Part shown: positions 25,958-29,514 of the stretch, piece by piece
Numbering within the stretch: position 1 is the stretch's first letter
Layout of the letters: each line of letters starts with the position of its first letter
NCBI GenBank assembly: GCA_950072105.1
Contig: CATMOE010000045.1
Span: 1 to 29,514, forward strand
Source: an uncultured Dehalococcoidia bacterium
GTDB lineage: Bacteria; Chloroflexota; Dehalococcoidia; Lucifugimonadales; UBA3495
DNA length: 29,514 nucleotides
Direction: 5' to 3'
The notes under the pieces: model-generated
The model's database searches: none
Told to the model about the DNA's origin: nothing
Seen by the model: the letters and a program-made list of their open reading frames with translations, nothing else
Position numbers and translations under genes: made by a program

Positions 25958-27088
25958 TTAATCATCTGCGGAAGTGTGGGCACTGGTGGTTTGCTCGGTC
26001 TGGGACAGGTTGGGTATGACGTGTTTGCCAAACAACCGTAAAGTTTCCATAACCTCTTGGTGGGCCATGGGGCCGATCTGGAACAGGGGCATTATTTCGT
26101 CCACTCCCGTGGGAGTGTATTGCTCCAGGTAACGCAGGCAGTCGTCGGGGTCGCCGATGCAATAGCGTCCTGATTTGATCTGGTCCAACGACGAGACTTC
26201 GTCCCGCTTGGGGGAATCGGCGGCCGTTGATCGCTGGTAGTGCCACTGGTAGTCGCCGGGAACGTTGGTGGGGTCTTGCTCCTGCCACACCCTGACGTCG
26301 CGAAGGCTTTGTTGGTGACGATACCAATCGATGATCTCGGCTCCCCGTTCCTGGGCTTTCTGACGGGTTTCGGCGCAGATCGCCAGCGTGCTGATGGACA
26401 CTTTGTCATGTACCATTTTGCCCACGGGCTTGGCGTCCCGGATACCGTCGCGATAGGCTTGAATGAGTTGGGTTAGGCGGTCCGGACCTCCTCCCGACAT
26501 GGCCAGACATCCCAATCCCAGCTCACCGGCTTTTCGAAAAGTCTCTTCCTGGCTGCAGCCCAGCCACATGGGTGGATGGGGTTTCTGCACCGGTTTGGGG
26601 TGGACCTCCCGGGGCGGAATATCGTAGAACTTTCCCTGGTAAGAAAACTCCCCTTCGGTCCACGCCCGGGGGATGATCTCCAACGCTTCGTCCACCATGC
26701 CGGTGGCGTTTCCCAGGTCGGTGCCGAAGGCAGCCATTTGGTAAGGATAGCCGGACCGGCCTATGCCCAGATCCACCCTTCCGTTGCTCAGTATGTCCAG
26801 GGTGGCCGTTCGCGCCGCTATGTGGAGCGGATGCTGCACCGGCGGCACGGCCACGGCTATCCCCAGCCGGATGCGGGAGGTGCGCTGGCTGATCGCGGCT
26901 AGAGTAACGTCCGGGGCACTGGAATGGGACCACTCGGTGCGAAATTGGTGGTCCGCCATCCACACACTCTCGAAACCCAATTCCTCTGCCAGGACCACCT
27001 GGTCCATCATCTCCCAATAGTGGTCGAAGTCGCTGGTGTCCGACCAAGGCCGGGGGACCTGGATCTGGTAGAACATCCCGATCTGCAT
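25958..27088 (-). CDS. LLM-class flavin-dependent oxidoreductase
   Basis: VWMADHQF, SHSSAPDVTLAAISQRTSRIRLG, TLDILSNGRVDLGIGRS and PKPVQKPHPPMW. Confidence 0.92.
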   Translation of the reverse strand: MQIGMFYQIQVPRPWSDTSDFDHYWEMMDQVVLAEELGFESVWMADHQFRTEWSHSSAPDVTLAAISQRTSRIRLGIAVAVPPVQHPLHIAARTATLDILSNGRVDLGIGRSGYPYQMAAFGTDLGNATGMVDEALEIIPRAWTEGEFSYQGKFYDIPPREVHPKPVQKPHPPMWLGCSQEETFRKAGELGLGCLAMSGGGPDRLTQLIQAYRDGIRDAKPVGKMVHDKVSISTLAICAETRQKAQERGAEIIDWYRHQQSLRDVRVWQEQDPTNVPGDYQWHYQRSTAADSPKRDEVSSLDQIKSGRYCIGDPDDCLRYLEQYTPTGVDEIMPLFQIGPMAHQEVMETLRLFGKHVIPNLSQTEQTTSAHTSADD

Positions 27089-27221
27089 GAACGACGTTCC
27101 TTTTGTGATGATGGCGCGGTACCCAGAAATACGGGTATCGTCGGCTGCTCAGTCACGCATAATACTACCATATGCCAGGTGCGGCTCCGGGTATCCGTCT
27201 AGCTGAATGGCAGTCAAAGCC

Positions 27222-28763
27222 CTAAGTCCGGCTGTTGTAACGGTAGTGGGGCGCCGCCTCCATCTGATTCCAGGACTGATAGAACCGCTCCACGTAGGGG
27301 GCCAATCGATTCACCATGCCTCGTCTTTCTAACGTTGCTTGGTCCAAGGGCCGGGAAAAGCGGTCCTTTAGCTCGTTTATCACGTCTGCCTTGCTGAGGC
27401 CGGGGAACTCACCGTCATTCATGACGACGCGGCCGTCGATGAGCACGGTCTTGATGTCGCGCGCTTTGCCCCGGTTGATCAGCACGTCTACGATATTAAG
27501 GTCCGGGTCCAAATAGGATCCCTCCAAGGACGCGAAGTCCATGACTACCATGTCAGCCCTCCGGCCCTTCTCCAACGCTCCGATGGAATCATGGAAGGAA
27601 GTGGGCCGGGCGGCGTTGATCGTCGCCATCCGAAGTACTTGGTGGGGGTTGACCGCCGGTTCGTTGATGCCTGGCATACGGTGGAGATGGTTCACCAGGC
27701 GCATCTCTTGAACCATGTCGTCGTCGTCGTTCAGGGCGGTGCTGTCGGTGCCCATGGCAACGTTGACGCCACGGGCGGCCATCTCGGTCACCGGAGCGAT
27801 GCCGTTCTTGAGCCGTAGATTGGAGCTGGCATTGTGGCACACAGTTGTTTCGCTCTGTGCCAAAAGTTGGATGTCTTCATCGGTCAGCCATACCGAATGG
27901 GCGCAGGACAGTTCGGGCCCTAGGAAATCCAGGTCTTGCAGGTGGGCGACCGGAGTTTTGCCCCAAGTCTTGAACCCGTACTCCTTCTGATAGCTGCTCT
28001 CCAACAAGTGGATGTGGATGCCGGCGTTGTGACGTCCGGCGGCCTCTTTCGTGCGTTGGAGGGTGTCATCGGTGACCCAATGCAGGTTGGCGGGGCTCAA
28101 TAGCACGCTGACGTTGCTGCCGGGATCGTCTTCGAAACGGCGGTGTAGGTTTTCGAATAGGGCGAAATAATCATCGGTGGGCAGGGCCACGGCCGCCAGG
28201 TAGCTGCGCAGGCTGTCCGCCAGATCGGCGGGCAGGCCGGAGAGGAAGGCTTGATCGTCGCCATAGACCACCCGGTTCTGTTCCCGGAAAGAGATGGAAA
28301 ACGCCGTCCTCATTCCGGTGTCGGCGAAGCCGCGGAGAACCGTGTTTTGGTCCTCTTCGATAGTCGCGACGGGCGTCAGAGAGTGGTTGTACATCACCGT
28401 GGTCGTCCCCGACTCGATCATCTGCATGGCGGTGTATACGGTCATCAGGTAGTGGTCCCAAGGACGGCGGCCCCATCCGGCGACCAGCCATCGCTCTAGG
28501 GAGTCGTCGCAGGTGCCCATCTGGAATGTGGTGACAGCCCTTCCGTGATGGTGGGCGTTTACCAGCCCCGGAAACACTATGTCGTTGGAGCCGCCGAGTT
28601 CTTCATCCGTTGGGTGAGTGGCTTTAAGGGTCCGGTAGTCACCGACCTCTTCGATCAGCCCGTCCCTTTGGAACACCGCGCCATCGGTAATGATAACGCT
28701 GGAATCGGCGTCGTTACCCGCCGTGCAGATCACGTATTTTCCTCGGATCAGTGATGAAGCCAT
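27222..28763 (-). CDS. Metal-dependent amidohydrolase/deaminase (MtaD/AtzA/TrzN-like subgroup)
   Basis: PGLVNAHHH, HIHLLES, AHSVW, SNLRLKNGIAP, MGTDS and GALEKGRRADMV. GGAGG RBS. Confidence 0.92.
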   Translation of the reverse strand: MASSLIRGKYVICTAGNDADSSVIITDGAVFQRDGLIEEVGDYRTLKATHPTDEELGGSNDIVFPGLVNAHHHGRAVTTFQMGTCDDSLERWLVAGWGRRPWDHYLMTVYTAMQMIESGTTTVMYNHSLTPVATIEEDQNTVLRGFADTGMRTAFSISFREQNRVVYGDDQAFLSGLPADLADSLRSYLAAVALPTDDYFALFENLHRRFEDDPGSNVSVLLSPANLHWVTDDTLQRTKEAAGRHNAGIHIHLLESSYQKEYGFKTWGKTPVAHLQDLDFLGPELSCAHSVWLTDEDIQLLAQSETTVCHNASSNLRLKNGIAPVTEMAARGVNVAMGTDSTALNDDDDMVQEMRLVNHLHRMPGINEPAVNPHQVLRMATINAARPTSFHDSIGALEKGRRADMVVMDFASLEGSYLDPDLNIVDVLINRGKARDIKTVLIDGRVVMNDGEFPGLSKADVINELKDRFSRPLDQATLERRGMVNRLAPYVERFYQSWNQMEAAPHYRYNSRT

Positions 28764-28792
28764 CGTTACCCCTCCGTTAGGTATCGGGCCTA

Positions 28793-28827
28793 ATTATAAG
28801 TCGTTGGGAGGTCTCTGGGGCTATAAT
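28793..28827. promoter_or_regulatory. Back-to-back TATAAT -10 boxes for the divergent amidohydrolase and SDR genes
   Basis: TATAAT on the minus strand at 28793-28798 and on the plus strand at 28822-28827; no clear -35 elements. Confidence 0.45.
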
Positions 28828-28903
28828 ACTGGCCGAAGGAAAATAAGTTTCTTGACCGGGGCGTCTAGCTCCGGATGAGACACGAGAATGTGGAGTGCAG
28901 CTT

Positions 28904-29514
28904 ATGGCCGGACTGGAAGGCAAAGTGGTTCTGATCACCGGGGCCGGTGGAATGAGGGGCGTGGGCCGGGCTACCGCTTTGAAACTGGCAAGTCAGGGGG
29001 CCGATCTGGCCATCACCGACGTGCATCGGGAACCGGCCGACCTGCCGCCCCACGAAGTGAGACTGGGGTGGCAAGGGCTTGATAGCGTCGCGGCGGAGAT
29101 CGGGGAAATGGGGAGGCGCTGCCTGCCGCTGATTTGCGACCTGGGCCAAAGCGATCAGATAGAGCAGATGGTGAGTCAGGCGGTGGAACATTTCGGCCAC
29201 ATCGACATTCTTGTCAACAACGCCCGGGCCATTATCGGGCGAGACAAGGTACCGGTTACCGAGTTGGACCAAGATGTCTGGGACCATTTCATCGCTATCA
29301 ACACCACGGCGGTATTCCTGTGCACCAAGCTGGTTGGACAAGAGATGGTGCGTCAGGGCACTGGGGGCCGGATCATAAACATCGCTTCCAACGCCGGCAA
29401 GCAGGCCAGCGCCATGGGGGCGGCCTATTCGGCGTCCAAGTTCGCGGTTTTGGGTCTTACCCAGGCTTCAGCCATGGACCTGGCGAAGCATCAGATAACG
29501 GTGAATGCCGTATG
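28904..29514 (+). CDS. Short-chain dehydrogenase/reductase (SDR), 3' truncated; absent from ORF track
   Basis: Manual translation gives MAGLEGKVVLITGAGGMRGVGRA...DILVNNA...IINIASNAG...AYSASKFAV...ITVNAV, with the S-Y-x-x-x-K catalytic set. GGAG RBS. Confidence 0.92.
   Translation, partial: MAGLEGKVVLITGAGGMRGVGRATALKLASQGADLAITDVHREPADLPPHEVRLGWQGLDSVAAEIGEMGRRCLPLICDLGQSDQIEQMVSQAVEHFGHIDILVNNARAIIGRDKVPVTELDQDVWDHFIAINTTAVFLCTKLVGQEMVRQGTGGRIINIASNAGKQASAMGAAYSASKFAVLGLTQASAMDLAKHQITVNAV

Noticed and set aside
28865..29341. 158-aa minus-strand ORF
   Set aside because: Antisense to the clear SDR gene on the plus strand.

Overview
A GC-rich (about 60% by eye) bacterial catabolic region with about 27 genes. 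No rRNA, tRNA, CRISPR array or transposase was found. The content (4 luciferase-like monooxygenases, 3 family-III CoA-transferases, a Rieske oxygenase, an SDR, a ThDP enzyme and an amidohydrolase) resembles SAR202/Dehalococcoidia Chloroflexota, which is an inference. The main signal lies at 2.9-11.6 kb. (i) A glycine/betaine/sarcosine-reductase protein-B pair is present. Its GrdB-family subunit is split in the ORF track but is one selenoprotein, with an in-frame UGA at 8508-8510 followed by a SECIS-like hairpin. It has a non-canonical U-x-x-S-x-x-S motif in place of U-x-x-C-x-x-C, sits downstream of a 3-His cupin, and has no grdA/C/D in the window. (ii) A convergent, non-canonical complex-II-like system consists of an SdhA/TfrA-like flavoprotein without the covalent-FAD His, transcribed divergently from an operon of a two-subunit Fe-S hydro-lyase with altered substrate motifs plus sdhC-D-B. 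The window also has a frameshifted mycothione-reductase-like disulfide reductase, a BbsE/F-like active/inactive CoA-transferase pair, near-consensus sigma70 promoters and about six families of intergenic REP-like palindromes.
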